Positions 12,470-25,536 of a DNA stretch of 64,000 bases are shown here, piece by piece. The stretch is from the NCBI RefSeq assembly GCF_018350175.1, contig NC_058368.1:115074001-115138000 (forward strand). The letters are read 5' to 3'. Every line of letters begins with the position of its first letter. Position 1 is the stretch's first letter. Below the pieces are notes generated by a model. That model saw only the letters and a list, made by a program, of their open reading frames with translations, searched no databases and had not been told where the DNA came from. This DNA comes from Felis catus (lineage: Eukaryota). The position numbers were made by a program, and so were the translations under genes.

Positions 12470-13230
12470 GGAAGCTGTTTTGTATTAGATAAGATTCCGT
12501 TTTTAAGGAACTAAAATGGAATTCAGACTTATCTAAGAGAAAAACATAGTTTGCTGGGTTACACCATGAAGAAGGATGACAAAAGTAAAAGCCAAACTAG
12601 GAGCAGAGGCTCAAGTAATGTGCAAGGGTCCTCTCTCAGGCTGCATTTATTAGGCTTTGCCTCCCTCTCTAGAAGAGACTGCTTTCCCAGGCACTGATAG
12701 ACTCATGGCCATTGGCAGCCCCTAAACACATCAATCCCAGCATTAACAGTTCTCCTCCTTGGGGTGCCTGGGTGGCTCAGTTGGTTAGGCATCTGACTCT
12801 TGATTTTGGCTCAGATCATGGTCTCATGGTTCCCAAGATCAAGCCCTGAGTCAGGCTCTGTGCTGACAGCATGAAATCTGCTTGGGATTCATTCTCTCTC
12901 TCAGAATAAATACATAAACATTAAAAAAAAAAAAAAAGAGTTCTTCCCTCAAAACGTTCAGAATTTCACAGCAGGACTTCTATTAGGCCTGCTTGTGTCA
13001 CATGCCCACCCCTGGACCAATCACTGTACACATGGAAGACTCACTACAAGTGGCTAGTTGGTCTACGTCATATAGCCATAACCAGGAATGCAAGAGGTGG
13101 CAAAGAAAGATGAACACCCTTACTTGACCACATGGTTCTGCTGAAGAGATTCCCAAAAGAAAGGAAGTATTTTCCAAATGGTGGATGATAGAAGAATGTG
13201 TTGAGAAACCAAAAACAGCATAAAGCAAGA
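12470..13230 (-). mobile_element. Degenerate MLT1 (MaLR) LTR interrupted by a CAN-SINE (+, ~12761-12938)
   Basis: LTR-like ggcctgcttgtgtcacatgcccacccctggaccaatcactgt; SINE head at 12761. Confidence 0.6.
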
Positions 13231-15510
13231 GCCTTCACAGCTCACCACAGTGTTTTATTCCACCTCAAGCCATGACACTCGGTAATAATGAGTTGTATAG
13301 GGCTAGACTAAGGATCAGGCCGGGTATGTAACAGTCAGACCAGGGCTCTGCTTGCAGAGAACCAGTCTGACCCTACAAAATTTGAAGGCTCTAAAGGCCC
13401 TGCTGCTTGTCCCTTAATAGCAATGCATCCTTTGACACTGTCTCCAAGGCCTAACCAAGTACAGAGCCATGTATGTGGACACAAAACAGGCCCATACTTA
13501 GGAAACCCACAAGGTACTAAAGCATAAAGCCCCAGGCAGCCAACTCCTTGGAAGTTGTTTGCACCCACTAACTTGAATCTCCTTCCCATGGCATCAACTA
13601 TGGAAAACAAACTCTCCCCAACCTAGAAATCTCAGCTCAGCAATATGTTAAGGACACAAGGATGGGGATGAAGCTCAGCCAAGAGCTACTTCCATTTACA
13701 ACAATGGTTCCACCGGGTGGCTCTCTATTCTAAGATTCCCCCTACCTCCTACAGAGGGAAAGCAGGTGTTTTAGGTTTCTATTTAGAAATAGAAAAACTA
13801 CCACATCCCTACTGCCTCCAAAGCCACCACTTACTTGCTCAGCCCTTAACACAAAGGGCTTATTGTGGGGCTCTCCCTCTGATCTGGCTTTCCTCATCTG
13901 CAGGGCTCACTCCTCCACATTCCCCTCACTCCCTCCTTAGGCTTCAGACAACACCCTCAGCTGTCTCTCTGGCTACTTATTAAAGCAGCTTTCCTTCTCA
14001 AGGGACATTGGGAACTCAGACCTCCATCACGACACACAGAGCCGAAACATGTTCAGGAGGTCTCTTTGTTCCAAGACCATGGGGAACCCTCAGGAGCCAG
14101 ACCCAGGAGAGGCATTTCTAGGCTTCCATCTTCAAGTTCTGTACATTCTTATGAATCTGCCACCTTCACTATTGACATGGGGCCTGCTCTTATCATTGAT
14201 GCTGGTCAACATGTGGCTACCAAGTTCTTTCTGCCACTGAGGGCTTGTCTAGGAATGGAGGGAAATGAAGCTCAGCTCCCATGTGGAGTAGCTAAATGCT
14301 CTAGCTATGCCTGGTACTCCAGAGCTACTTTTGAAGGTCTGGTTCAGTGCAGCCATGCTGGGCCCAGATGTAAGAACCTCCAGGCAGGCTGAAAAGCAGC
14401 TTGCCCATGGATGGGTCCTCTGGCCCAGAGCTCTTTGAGTTGGCTCAGTTCCTGCTTCACACACATCACAATTTATTGCTGCTGTTGAGAGCCCTAGGGA
14501 CAAGAAAGTTCCCACCTCTCACTTTGCCTCTGCCCTTCCTGAGCACACACCGGAACCAAACATCAGCCAAAACCCAGAGTTAACCTCAGTAACTATAAAC
14601 CCCAAACTGAGCTCAAACAACTTTTCTTAAGCCACAAACTAAATCAAAGTATTTTTTTAAACCCAGAGAAACAGTTCAAAAGGCAACTAACCTTTTTCCC
14701 CCGTTCAAAACTATTGAGCCTGGACAAATCACAAACATCAAAATATTATGTGAATCAAGAGTTTAATTCTCCCCAGAGGCAAAGAGGAAGACTATGCTGA
14801 TAACTTCAGGGTAACCCTGAGTCCAGGAGATCCAGGGCAAATGGTTCCTGGGTCCTCAGGGAAGGAGAAGAGAAAGGGATAATAAAACCAGGAGGGAAAA
14901 TGACAACCTTGGAGCATCACTGACTAGGGGTAAACAAGTGCTTGTTTACTCCCACAAGGAGAACAAGACCCTAAGAGAGCCTGGGCCATGAATATTCATG
15001 AATAATGCCTCAATGGCTACCTGGTTCAAGAGACCTGTAGAAACTGCTGGGTCCACCCCAAAACTCAAGCCAATTAAAGGTTATATGCCATGAGGGTACA
15101 AAGGGCTAATGCCACAAAACCCAACAGTATCTTCTCTTCTATATCTTACTTTTATTGCAGCATTTAATTAGAAAATAATACAAACTCATGTTAAAAAAAA
15201 TCCACATGGTATAGAAGATGCAAGATACAAAGGATAAGTGCCTCTTTCTCATAACCTCATTCTTGTGATCTCATACCCTCAGAGGTAAAAGCTGATTTCT
15301 GTGTATTTAAAAATACATATGTACTACAAATTTCTACATAAATCTTCACTCACTTACTCTTTATATGAACAGATCATTACTATGCATGTTATTTTCAACC
15401 TAGAGACTCTGCTTCACAGAAAGGAGAGGTTTCTTGAGTCTCCTTGTACAGTACTCTGAAGCCAAACAGAGCAGCAAAAAGGAGGGAGAAGGGTGGCCAA
15501 TCATCTTTTA

Positions 15511-15744
15511 TTTTTATTTTTTTTTTTTTAATTTTTTTTTTCAACGTTTATTTATTTTTGGGACAGAGAGAGACAGTGCATGAACGGGGGAGGGGCAGAG
15601 AGAGAGGGAGACACAGAATCGGAAACAGGCTCCAGGCTCTGAGCCATCAGCCCAGAGCCCGACGCGGGGCTCGAACTCACGGACCGCGAGATCGTGACCT
15701 GGCTGAAGTCGGACGCTTAACCGACTGCGCTACCCAGGCGCCCC
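15511..15744 (-). mobile_element. Very young felid SINE (SINEC_Fc type)
   Basis: CpGs intact; perfect 16-bp TSD ggccaatcatctttta (15495-15510, 15746-15761). Confidence 0.96.
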
Positions 15745-16429
15745 AGGCCAATCATCTTTTAGAAGATTCTAGGAAGATCTAACATTTCAGAGTCAACTTT
15801 AAATCCAAAAGTTCCTTAGGGAAGCACAACGCTGCCTCCAACAGGGCCCCTCCCTGTGGCCCAGGAGAGAAAGAAGGCAGCCTTTGTAAACCGTTCCTCT
15901 CTGGCCCTCCTGCCCTGAAGTTGGCAGCCTCGCCTACCCTACCATGTCATTCTAGGGCTGTTGTCTTTCACCCTCATGCCTGTCACCACCTCTGTCCTTA
16001 CCCATTGGGCTCTGTTTCCATGCTCTTCTGAAACATCACCACTGGCAGGGCTAAGCAACTGAGAACAACAGGAGATGACCTCACAGCCTCCATATGCTAA
16101 TGCCAGCTCCCAATTACTTGTACTGTTGAATAATTGAAAGAGGAGAATAATCCACTCAGCTGATTTGGGAAGCTAGCCAGGCACACAGATTATCTCAGAG
16201 TGAATTATTCACAGTAGGGATAATTGGGAGTTGCCCAAACTTCTATTTATGGTTCGGGCATCACATGGAAGAACATTCAAGATGGAAAGTATGAATGCAA
16301 GAAGGAAGGAGACCTTGTTCTCGGGCCCAGATTCCCTTTGTGTTGCTTGGTAAGTCACAGCCCCTCTCTCCACCCCACTTAGGGTCAGTGGGTATAGTGA
16401 TGAAGATGATGATGATGATGAAATTGAAG

Positions 16430-16680
16430 ATTAATAATATTTTTATTCACAGCTCATTCTATTTCTTTACCCTGTGCTGTGTTCTCTGCTAGGAGTTTAT
16501 TTACACTATACATACATTATCTCACTTAATCTTCACAATGAGTCTGTGAAGCACTGTCTTCTCCATTTCCCAGTTGAGGAAACTGAGGCTTAGATAGGTT
16601 AAGTAACTTGCTAAGGATACAGTCTGTCAAGCTGTCTATCTAGAGCTGAGCCTCTTACCCAAGAAGCTCTTTTGCCAACT
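16430..16680 (-). mobile_element. MIR
   Basis: ccatttcccagttgaggaaactgaggcttagataggttaagtaacttgc. Confidence 0.8.
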
Positions 16681-17161
16681 AACCCTTACCTCTGCCACCT
16701 TGTAAGGGAGATTCTTCCTTACAGAACACATCAAACTACAGGGAATCAAAATAGCTCATTTTTGGTATAATACCATTCACCCTCATCTTGAAATGACTCG
16801 ATTTCAAGGTAGCAAAATTGTCCCCCTCATCTTAAAGCAAGAAGCCGACAAGAAGAGACTGGTCATCTTGTCAGTCCACTTCAAGGGATCCCCAAGCCAC
16901 TGGCAGACTTACAAAAGAAAACAGTCTTCTATCACTCCATCTATCATAGTGGTCAAAGAGTGAAAAAAGAAACCATTGTCCTCCTTCTGACATACCACCA
17001 CTTCAGCCAAGAGGCAGTTCAGAATTAGGAGGCCAGAGCATGGGAGAGGGATATGGGCTCTGCAAATCACAATGAGCACTGTCCATCTCACAAGACCAGG
17101 CTACAAAGTGACTGGGCCAGCCCCTGGATGCCTGAGGTTCCCTCCCACATTGTCTACAAGG

Positions 17162-17614
17162 TGTGGTAGCTGGTCTCCAAAATGGCCACCAATGCCTTGC
17201 CTTCTGGTATTATGCCTTTATATAGTTCCCTCCCACAGTGAATCGCAGCTGATCTGTGTGACCAGAAGAATACAGAGGAGGTGATGGTGTTGACTTCTGA
17301 GGCTAGGTCATAAAAGGCACTGACCTTTCCGCCTTGCTCTCTTACATTGCTCGCTCTGAAGGGAGCCATGGAGATAACTGAACAGCCTAGTGGAGAGGCT
17401 CACATAGGAACTGAGGGCTCTCACCAACAGCCAGCATCAACTTGTCAGGCACGTGAGTTGGAAGCAGATCCCACAACCCCATTCCCAGCCAACATCTTGT
17501 CTGTACTTCCAAGTTTCTGACTCACAGAAACTGTGAGAAATAATAAATGATTACTGTTGTTTTAAGCCACTAGGTTTGGAAGTAATTTGTTATGGAGCAC
17601 TAAAAAGCTAATAA
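17162..17614 (+). mobile_element. MLT1 (MaLR) solo LTR
   Basis: tgtggtag...tgacttctgaggctaggtcataaaagg...ttttaagccactaggtttggaagtaatttgttat. Confidence 0.85.
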
Positions 17615-18309
17615 ATGATAAGAAGGAAAGGAGAGAGATGTTTCACAGTGTTTTATTTCCTGCAAATGATGTTACAGGGCAAGAAACAGGTGGGGTGCGA
17701 GGACCACAGACCACCAAAAGCTCTGATTAAGCCCTTAAGGTCCAGAACACTATACAAGAGAGAACAAAGACCTTCATGGCCCAGACACCCCAGCTCTCCA
17801 ATCAAGAAAAAGCTTACAGAAAATACATGCCCATGCCTCTGCTTCTAATCAAGATAACAGTAACAACAGGAATAAAGCTACCATTAACGAGTGCTTACTG
17901 GGTGCCTGGCATGTGTTCTTCTTACCTCATCACCCTTACTCTTCACAATAACTCTCAGATGATGCACATAATAGGCACTCGAGAAATATGTGTTGCATGA
18001 CTGAATAAACTACTATGAGACAGTTTTTCTCTGTAACTGATCTACATCCTTTTGAAAGAATTTCAACTTTCTACATTACATATTACCACTTTAGTGTTTG
18101 GAAAGCTTACACTAAGCATGTATTACTTTTAGAGTCAGAAGAAATAATATATATAAAATTAAAACACTGTATTTGTAGAGTAAACAAAGCTCTAATGACT
18201 TTGTGCCATCCACCACCTTCCCCAGAGAAGTGCACCTCCGTCTTGAGCAGACATTAGCATCATCTCATTATCTATGAGATAACGTTTGGGGGAACAAAGA
18301 GAAGATGAT

Positions 18310-18550
18310 AAAAGCAGTTAACACACTGAGCACTTGCTAGGCATTCTTCTTAATGTTTCCCATGTATGAACACATTTAATCCTCCAAAATAACCAACATG
18401 AGGTAGGTGTAATTATTATCCCTAATTTACAGGTGAAGAAACTGAAGAGATTAAATAATTCGTCCAAGTTTAAATAGCTAATGCACATCAGAGTCTACAT
18501 TCAAATCCTGACCACATAGCTCCTGTCTTATGTTCTAATGCGTCATATTG
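18310..18550 (-). mobile_element. MIR
   Basis: aatttacaggtgaagaaactgaag...ttaaataatt. Confidence 0.7.
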
Positions 18551-19049
18551 CCAGCCTCTCAAGAGCTATCTAGAGCCAAAAAATGTTCATTCCAACCCTG
18601 GCACTGATTTGTGGAACTTCAACACATCACCCTACACTGCTACCCTCCAGAATGCCCTTAAACTCAGGGGAAGGAAGTGGATATGCTGGTAGCTAGTGGA
18701 GGCACAAGGACTGCCCTACTCAACTTGGGCCCAAGGTAGGAGGGCCAGAGCCAACCCCAGCACAGGAAAACCAAGCAGACCCCATGGTCCTGAGCAAAGA
18801 AAGTAAAAACCTTACGATGAAAGTAGCCACATCCATGGAGAGATGTGGAAGCTTTCTGACTCCATTTTCTAATCTGGAGAGCAACAATCTTCCCAAGTAG
18901 AAAGAGCTATTATGGCCATTAGATTTATTTTTCAGAATCCTGACAAGAAAGGATGATTTGAAGGGAACACCAAGAAGAACTTCCTACCATGAGAGGTAGG
19001 AGACAAGACAGGAGGCTCTACATTATGAAAATATGGAGAGTTTCTTCCC

Positions 19050-19420
19050 ACCAGGCAACCAGAGGGATCGTTTAAAAAAATGTAAATCCGATCTTGTTAT
19101 TCCCTTCATTAAAAGTCACCAGTGGCTTTCTATTAGCCTTGGAAAAAAATCCAAATATATCTTACCTTGGTCCCGAGGTATACTGTGAAATTCCTGAATC
19201 TTACTTCTTATTCTTAGTCTCTCTCTGGTTCATTCCACTCCAGCAACACTGGCCTTTTCTGGCTGCTTCACTGACTCGCCAAGCTTGTCCCTGCCTCAGG
19301 GCCCCTGCACTGGCTATTCCCCCTACCTAGAAAAACTTAGCTTAATGTGTGCATGGCTGACTTCATCTTAACATCTGAGTTGAGGTCAGAATGAAGTATA
19401 TTACAAAAGCCCTCCCTAGG
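19050..19420 (+). mobile_element. L2 fragment
   Basis: ccagagggatc..aaaatgtaaatccgatc...ccactccagcaacactggcct...cctcagggcccctgcactggctattcc. Confidence 0.75.
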
Positions 19421-19633
19421 TAACCCATGTAAAAAAATCCCAACATAATCCATGATCCAAGATATAATTCGTATACCATACAATTCACCCACTTAAAGCA
19501 TACAATCCAGTAACTTTTAGTATTTCAAAGTTGTGCAGTGATCATCACCTACCCTCCCCCTGACCAAACCCATACCTATTAGTAGTCTAACCCCTTCGAT
19601 TAGGCAACCACTAATCTACTTTCTGGCTTTTTA

Positions 19634-19882
19634 TTTATTTTTTTATTTTTATTTTTATTTTTTAAAGTTTTTTTTTTTTAACGTTTATTTATTTTTGAGA
19701 CAGAGAGAGACAGAACATGAACAGGGGAGGAGCAGAGAGAGAGGGAGACACAGAATCCGAAACAGGCTCCAGGCTCTGAGCTGTCAGCACAGAGCCCGAC
19801 GCGGGGCTTGAACTCACAGACTGTGAGATCATGACCTGAGACGAAGTCGGACGCTTAACCGACCAAGCCACCCAGGTGCCCC
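19634..19882 (-). mobile_element. CAN-SINE
   Basis: 15-bp TSD ctttctggcttttta (19619-19633, 19883-19897). Confidence 0.95.
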
Positions 19883-20000
19883 CTTTCTGGCTTTTTAAAT
19901 TTACCTAGTCTGGACATTTCATATAAATGGAATCACAAAATACGTGCTTCTTTGTGACTGGCTTCTCTCACTTAGCATGTTTTAAAGTTCCATCCATGTA

Positions 20001-20220
20001 GGGCTCCTGGATGGCTCAGTCGGTTAAGCCTCTGACTCGGTATTGGCTCAGGTCATGATCTCACAGTTCATGGGTTCAAGCTCCCATCAGGCTTCATGCT
20101 AACAGTATGGAGCCTGCTTGGGATTCTCTCTGTCCTTCTATCTCTGCCCCCCCACCCCCCTCACTGGCTTTCTCTGTCTCTCTCTCAAAATAAATAAATA
20201 AAAACTTAAAAAAAAAAAAA
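20001..20220 (+). mobile_element. CAN-SINE
   Basis: Left TSD aaagttccatccatgt at 19984-19999; full right copy displaced to 21566-21581. Confidence 0.93.
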
Positions 20221-20225
20221 GTTCC

Positions 20226-21568
20226 ATGGACCCACGAATGTATGGCCAACTAATCTTTGACAAAGCAGGAAAGAATATCCAATGGAATAAAGACAGTCTC
20301 TTCAGCAAGTGGTGCTGGGTAAACTGGACAGCAACATGCAGAAAAATGAACCTGGACCACTTTCTTACACCATACACAAAAATAAACTCAAAATGGATGA
20401 AAGACCTAAATGTAAGACAGCAAGCCATCAAAATCCTCAAGGAGAAAGCAGGCAAAAACCTCTGTGACCTTGCCTGCAGCAAGGTCTTATTCGACACATC
20501 TCTGGAGGCAAGGGTAACAAAAGTACCAATGAGCTATAGGGACCTCATCAAAATAAAAAGCTTCTGCACAGCAAAGAAAACAATCACCAAAACTAAAAGG
20601 CAACCGACAGAATGGAAGAAGAGATTTGCAAATGACATATCAGATAAAGGGTTAGTATCCAAAATATATAAAGAACTTCTCAAACTCAACACCCAAAAAA
20701 CAAATAATCCAGTGAAGAAATGGGCAAAAGACATGAATAGACACTTCTCCAAAGAAGACATCCAGACTGCCAACCAACACATGAAAAAATGCTCAACATC
20801 ACTCATCATCATGGAAATACAGATCAAAACCACAATGAGATAGCACCTCGCACCTGTCAGAATGGCTAACATTAAAAACCCAGGTAACAATGGAGGCTGG
20901 CAAGGATGCGGAGAAAGAGGATGTCTTTTGCACTGCTGGTGGGAATGCAAACTGGCACAGTCACTCTGGAAAACAGTATGGAGGTTCCTCAAAAAATTAA
21001 AAATAGAACTACCTTACAGCCCAGCAATTGCACTACTAGGGTATTTATCCAAGGGATGCAAGAATGCTGTTTCGAAGAGGCACATGCACCCCAATGTTTA
21101 TAGCAACACTATCAACAACAGCCAAAATATGGAAAGAGCCCAAATGTCCATCGATGGATGAATGGATAAAGAAGATGTGGCATATATATATACAATGGAT
21201 TATTACTCAGCAATCAAAAAGAATGACATCTTGCCATTTGCAACTATATGGATGGAACTAGAGGGTATTATGCTAAGCGAAATTAGTTAGAGAAAGACAA
21301 ATATCATATGACTTCACTCATATGAGGACTTTAAGAGACAAAACAGGTGAACATAAGGGAAGGGAAGCAAAAATAATATAAAAACAGGGAGGGGGATAAA
21401 AACATAAGAGACTCTTAAATATGGAGAACAAACAGAGGGTTACTGGAGGGTTGTGGGACGGGGGATGGACTAAATGGGTAAGGGGCATTAAGGAATCTAC
21501 TCCTGAAATCATTGTTGCACTATATGCTAACTAAGTTGGATGTAAATTAAAAAAACAAAAACAAAAAA
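20226..21568 (+). mobile_element. 5'-truncated felid L1 (ORF2 C-terminal part + 3'UTR)
   Basis: 205-aa [29 protein letters not shown]... is L1 ORF2, then stop and frameshift; TSD aaaaaagttccat. Confidence 0.95.
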
Positions 21569-22280
21569 GTTCCATCCATGTGTAACATGTATTAGGACTT
21601 CATTTCACTTTGTTGAATTAATATTCCATTGTACAGATAAACCACATTGTATTTAGCAATTTATAAGTTGATGGGAATTTGGGTTTCCATTTATTGGCTA
21701 TTATGAATAATGCTTCTATGCCCACACATGCGTAAGTGTTTATATGGAAATATGCTTTCATTTGTCTTGGGTATATACCTAGGATGGAACTGCTGGGTCA
21801 TATGGTAACTCCACGTTTAACTATTTGAGGACTGGAGACTCTTTTCCAAAACAGTTGGATCATTTCACATTCCCACTAGTAGTGTATGAGGGTTCCAATT
21901 TATCCATTCTTGCCAACACTTGTTATTATCTGTCTTTTTGCTAATAGCCACTCTACTGAGTAGAAAGTTTTTATCTCACTGTGGTTTTGATTTGCATTTT
22001 CCTGGTGGCTAATGATGTTGGATATCTTTTTATGTGCTTATTGGCCATTGTGTACCTTCTATGGACAGCTGTCTATGCAGATCCTCTGCCTATTTTTTAC
22101 TTGAGTTATTTGTCTTTATTACTGAATTTTAAGAGTTCTCACATATTCTAGATTCAAGTCCCTTGTCACACGTATGATTTGTAAAATTTTCTCTAATTCT
22201 CTGGTTTGTTTTTCCACTTTTGTGATGGTATCCTTTCACGCAGAGAAGTTTTTAATTTTGATGATGTATTAACAGACTTT

Positions 22281-22650
22281 TTTTTTTTAATTTTTTAAAT
22301 GTTTATTTTTGAAAAAGAGAGAGATAGAGAGTGGGGGGGGGGGCGGTGCAGAGAGAGACAAAGACACAGAATCCGAAGCAGGCTCTGTACTGACAGCTCA
22401 GAGCCTGATGTGGAGCTTGAATCCATCAACTGTAAGATCATGACCTGAGCTGAAATTGGATGCTTAACTGACTGAACCACTCAGGTGCCCCTTAACTGAC
22501 TTTTAAATGTTTATTTATTTACTTTGAGAGAGAGAAAGTCAGAACACACAAGCAGGTGAGGGGCAGAGAGACATGGAGAGAGACCGTCCCAAGTTGTCAG
22601 TGCAGAGCCCGATGTAGGGCTCGATTTCACAAACTGTGGAGATATGACAT
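22281..22650 (-). mobile_element. Two adjacent CAN-SINEs (22281-22491 full; ~22501-22650 partial)
   Basis: First has TSD ttaac(a/t)gactttt. Confidence 0.88.
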
Positions 22651-24379
22651 CTGGATTCATTTCTGGTATAGAGAAGATATTAAGGAGAGAATGTAGTCTT
22701 CTATAGGCGCATGGGGAAAGAGCATCTAGGGGTGCTAAATGGAACACACCTGAGAAATGTACATTATCAACAATAAACCCCCTCATTTAAATGCTCAGGC
22801 AGTCACCCTATCTTTTCAGCCATTCTGGAGAGCCAAAAGACTGAACACTGGCTCAGGAATGGGAATATACCAGGTGGAGAGGCCCAGCCACAGGGGGAAG
22901 CTCTCTCCAGAATCCTCAAATCAGCACAACATCCCTGAGGTAGAAGCTAGGATCTTCTGGGGTTCAGAACTGCTATGGCTTGGTTATCAGTGTGGCTGAC
23001 AAGCAGAGGTTTAACTGGGAAAACAAGAGGTGAAAGCTGGCTCCCTTCTCCTCTCACATAGTTTTTGCCAACAACACCAAATGACATTGCTGAATATCTA
23101 AGCCACGTACCTAGTCAAAGCACCTCAGGGATCCTAGACTTGACTGCCAAGGGGAGGCATTTCACTAGCCAACCTAAAAGGGTGGAGGTGTGGTAGGCGA
23201 GCTTAAGGGGTGTCTTAGTTCTTTAAAAAAAGGCTACAGTCTGAGCAGCCAGGGCAGAAGGAGAGGTAACTTCACACACAAGCAGGAATGTGAAGTGGAG
23301 GTGTGGGGACTCAACAGTTGCACCATCAAAGAAAGGGGTTCAAGACAAAGGCCCAGCTTTCCATTCCCTGCCTTGCACTATGTCACCTTTTACAGTAAGA
23401 AAAGACAGAAGGGCAGAATGAGTTTTGAGAGACACATGCACATGTACACACACACATATATGGAGTTGCCTCTGGGAGGGTAAATAAATATTCATGAACA
23501 ATTCAGTGTGCGAAAAGCAAGGACAGAGGATGACAAATGGTACCAATTAGAAAGAAAGAGTGGTATCTATTTTTAAAGTGGCTGAATAAATCATCAAGGA
23601 TTGCCTGCTAAAAATACTGTGCTTGACCCTCTCCCCAATGGCAGGGTCCCTCTCCAGGGCTTGGTGACAACAGGCAAACTCTCCTCCCAGTGTGGTGGAT
23701 TCAATGCTGCCATGGCAGCCTCACGTTTGTATCAGAAGTTCACCCAAGGGGCCCATCTCTAGTAAAAAGGAGATGATTTCTTCTGAGAAGCATTGTGGGC
23801 CCAGGACCACAAGCTGAGATTGGCACTCATGCTCTCAATGATTCCAGAAGGAGCCCTTGGTGAAGAGGGGGCAAGTGAATGGGCAAGTACCATTCAACTA
23901 CAAAGGCATCAGAATCCAATTTATCAAAAAAGTAAGAAAGAAACACCAAAACCTTCCCCTGGGAACAATCAGAGTCCACCTCATGATGCGAGTGTTTGAT
24001 GAAGGGCATTTCATGGGAATGGTGAGCCATCAAAATCAAGTTTCTTGTCTATGGCCCATACCTCATACAGACCCTGATTTTGCTCCTGGGGTTGGATCTG
24101 ACCTATGACATACCATAGAAATAAAAGCAGAGTTCAGAAAAGTCAGAAATAAAAGCAAAGAATAAGGCTGATGATCACTCACAGGCAGAGAAAATAATAG
24201 GAACCCAGATATCTAGCTATCTCTCCCCCTCTCATTCCCTCCCTCCAACCCCCTTCAAACTCTCTATCTCTGTACTTCCCTCCTTCCTCTTTCCCTCCTA
24301 CCCTAGCTCTCTCTCTCCACTCTCCCCCTCTCCTTCTCTCTGTTTCTCTCAGTCTCTTACTCAGCATCTACTATCGTGT

Positions 24380-24620
24380 GCATGAAACACTGGTTAAGAG
24401 CTTGGGTTTTGTGTCACTAGGTTCATGTCTTTGCTCTAATACAGTCCAGCTATGTTACCCTCAGGAAGTATGTGACTTCTCTAGGCCATAGTGTTTTCAT
24501 GAGTAAAATGGAAGTAATTGTACTTATTCATAACAGTCCTTACTTAGATTCAATGTGAAATGTATATAAACAGCTTAGCTCAGGGTCTGGAAACATTGTA
24601 GGTACCCTGGTTATTTCTAA
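24380..24620 (+). mobile_element. MIR
   Basis: ggttaagagcttggg...ttttcatgagtaaaatggaagtaat. Confidence 0.7.
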
Positions 24621-25297
24621 ACATTCTTCATGCCTTAGTCTAGACTCTAAATATTTTGAGGCAGTAAATATGCCAGATGCATCTTTCCACCCTCTTAGAA
24701 TGTAAGGGAGTTGAAATTGAGTAAACATTTGTCAAATGAGCTGGACCCTGAGCCTGTCTGCCATAAGCAACAAGCATGGCAGCCAAATGCCTTTGCCCAG
24801 CTCACAGTTCTGGCTGTGCTCATTATCTTGAGGTGAATCCTCACAACCATCAGTGAGGTGTGCAAGGCAGACAGTATCGCCCCTCCCTTCATTAGGAAAA
24901 GGTGAAATTAAAATGGGAAACAAACAGGCGTGGGCAGTATTTACAGCTCCTCAGAGTGATGCCCTATCGATTTTCAAGTGTCACTATTTATAACAACAAC
25001 AACAACTGGCAGAGACATAGCATCTTTCTTCCAAGACAATCAGAGCACTTTACAGGGATAATCTCATCTCTCTCCATGGCCCCAGGAGGTACAGGAGAAC
25101 AGTCCCTACTTCTAGGTAAGAGCACAGAGAGGCCAAGGGCTTTGGTCAAAGTCATTGTGCCAATCAGTGGGACCCTGGTGCTCCTGGCCTTTGGGTCCCT
25201 CTGCTCCCCTAGATGGCATCTCTACTTCCTGTAATGTTTCCCCAGCATGGTTCTTTGGGGATGTCTAACAAAATGACCTTTTAAGAACACACTAATG

Positions 25298-25536
25298 AGG
25301 GAGGTGTCTGGGTGGCTCTGTAAATTGAGCATCCGACTTTGGCTCAGGTCATGATCTCATCATTTGTGAATTGGAGCCCTGTGTCAGGCTCTGGGCTGAC
25401 AACTCAGAGCTTGGAGTCTGCTTTGGATTCTGTGTCTCCCTCCCTCTCAGCCTCTCTCCTGTTCGCACTGTACTCTGTCTCTCTCCCTCTCAAAAATAAA
25501 TAAATATTAACATTCTTTAAGAAAAAAAAAAAAAAC
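25298..25536 (+). mobile_element. CAN-SINE
   Basis: 14-bp TSD agaacacactaatg (25284-25297, 25537-25550). Confidence 0.94.

Larger units (their letters stand above)
19460..22270 (-). mobile_element. Old L1MB-type 3' end hosting two SINEs and a young L1
   Basis: gatataattc..taccatacaattcacccacttaaag 3' terminus; resumes at 19898-19999 and 21582-22270. Confidence 0.8.

Noticed and set aside
20226..20843. Longest ORF (205 aa) as a host gene
   Set aside because: It is an L1 ORF2 C-terminal fragment in a 5'-truncated, disrupted copy.
20001..21568. SINE-L1 chimeric retrotranscript
   Set aside because: Target sequence gttccat lies between SINE and L1, showing two sequential insertions.
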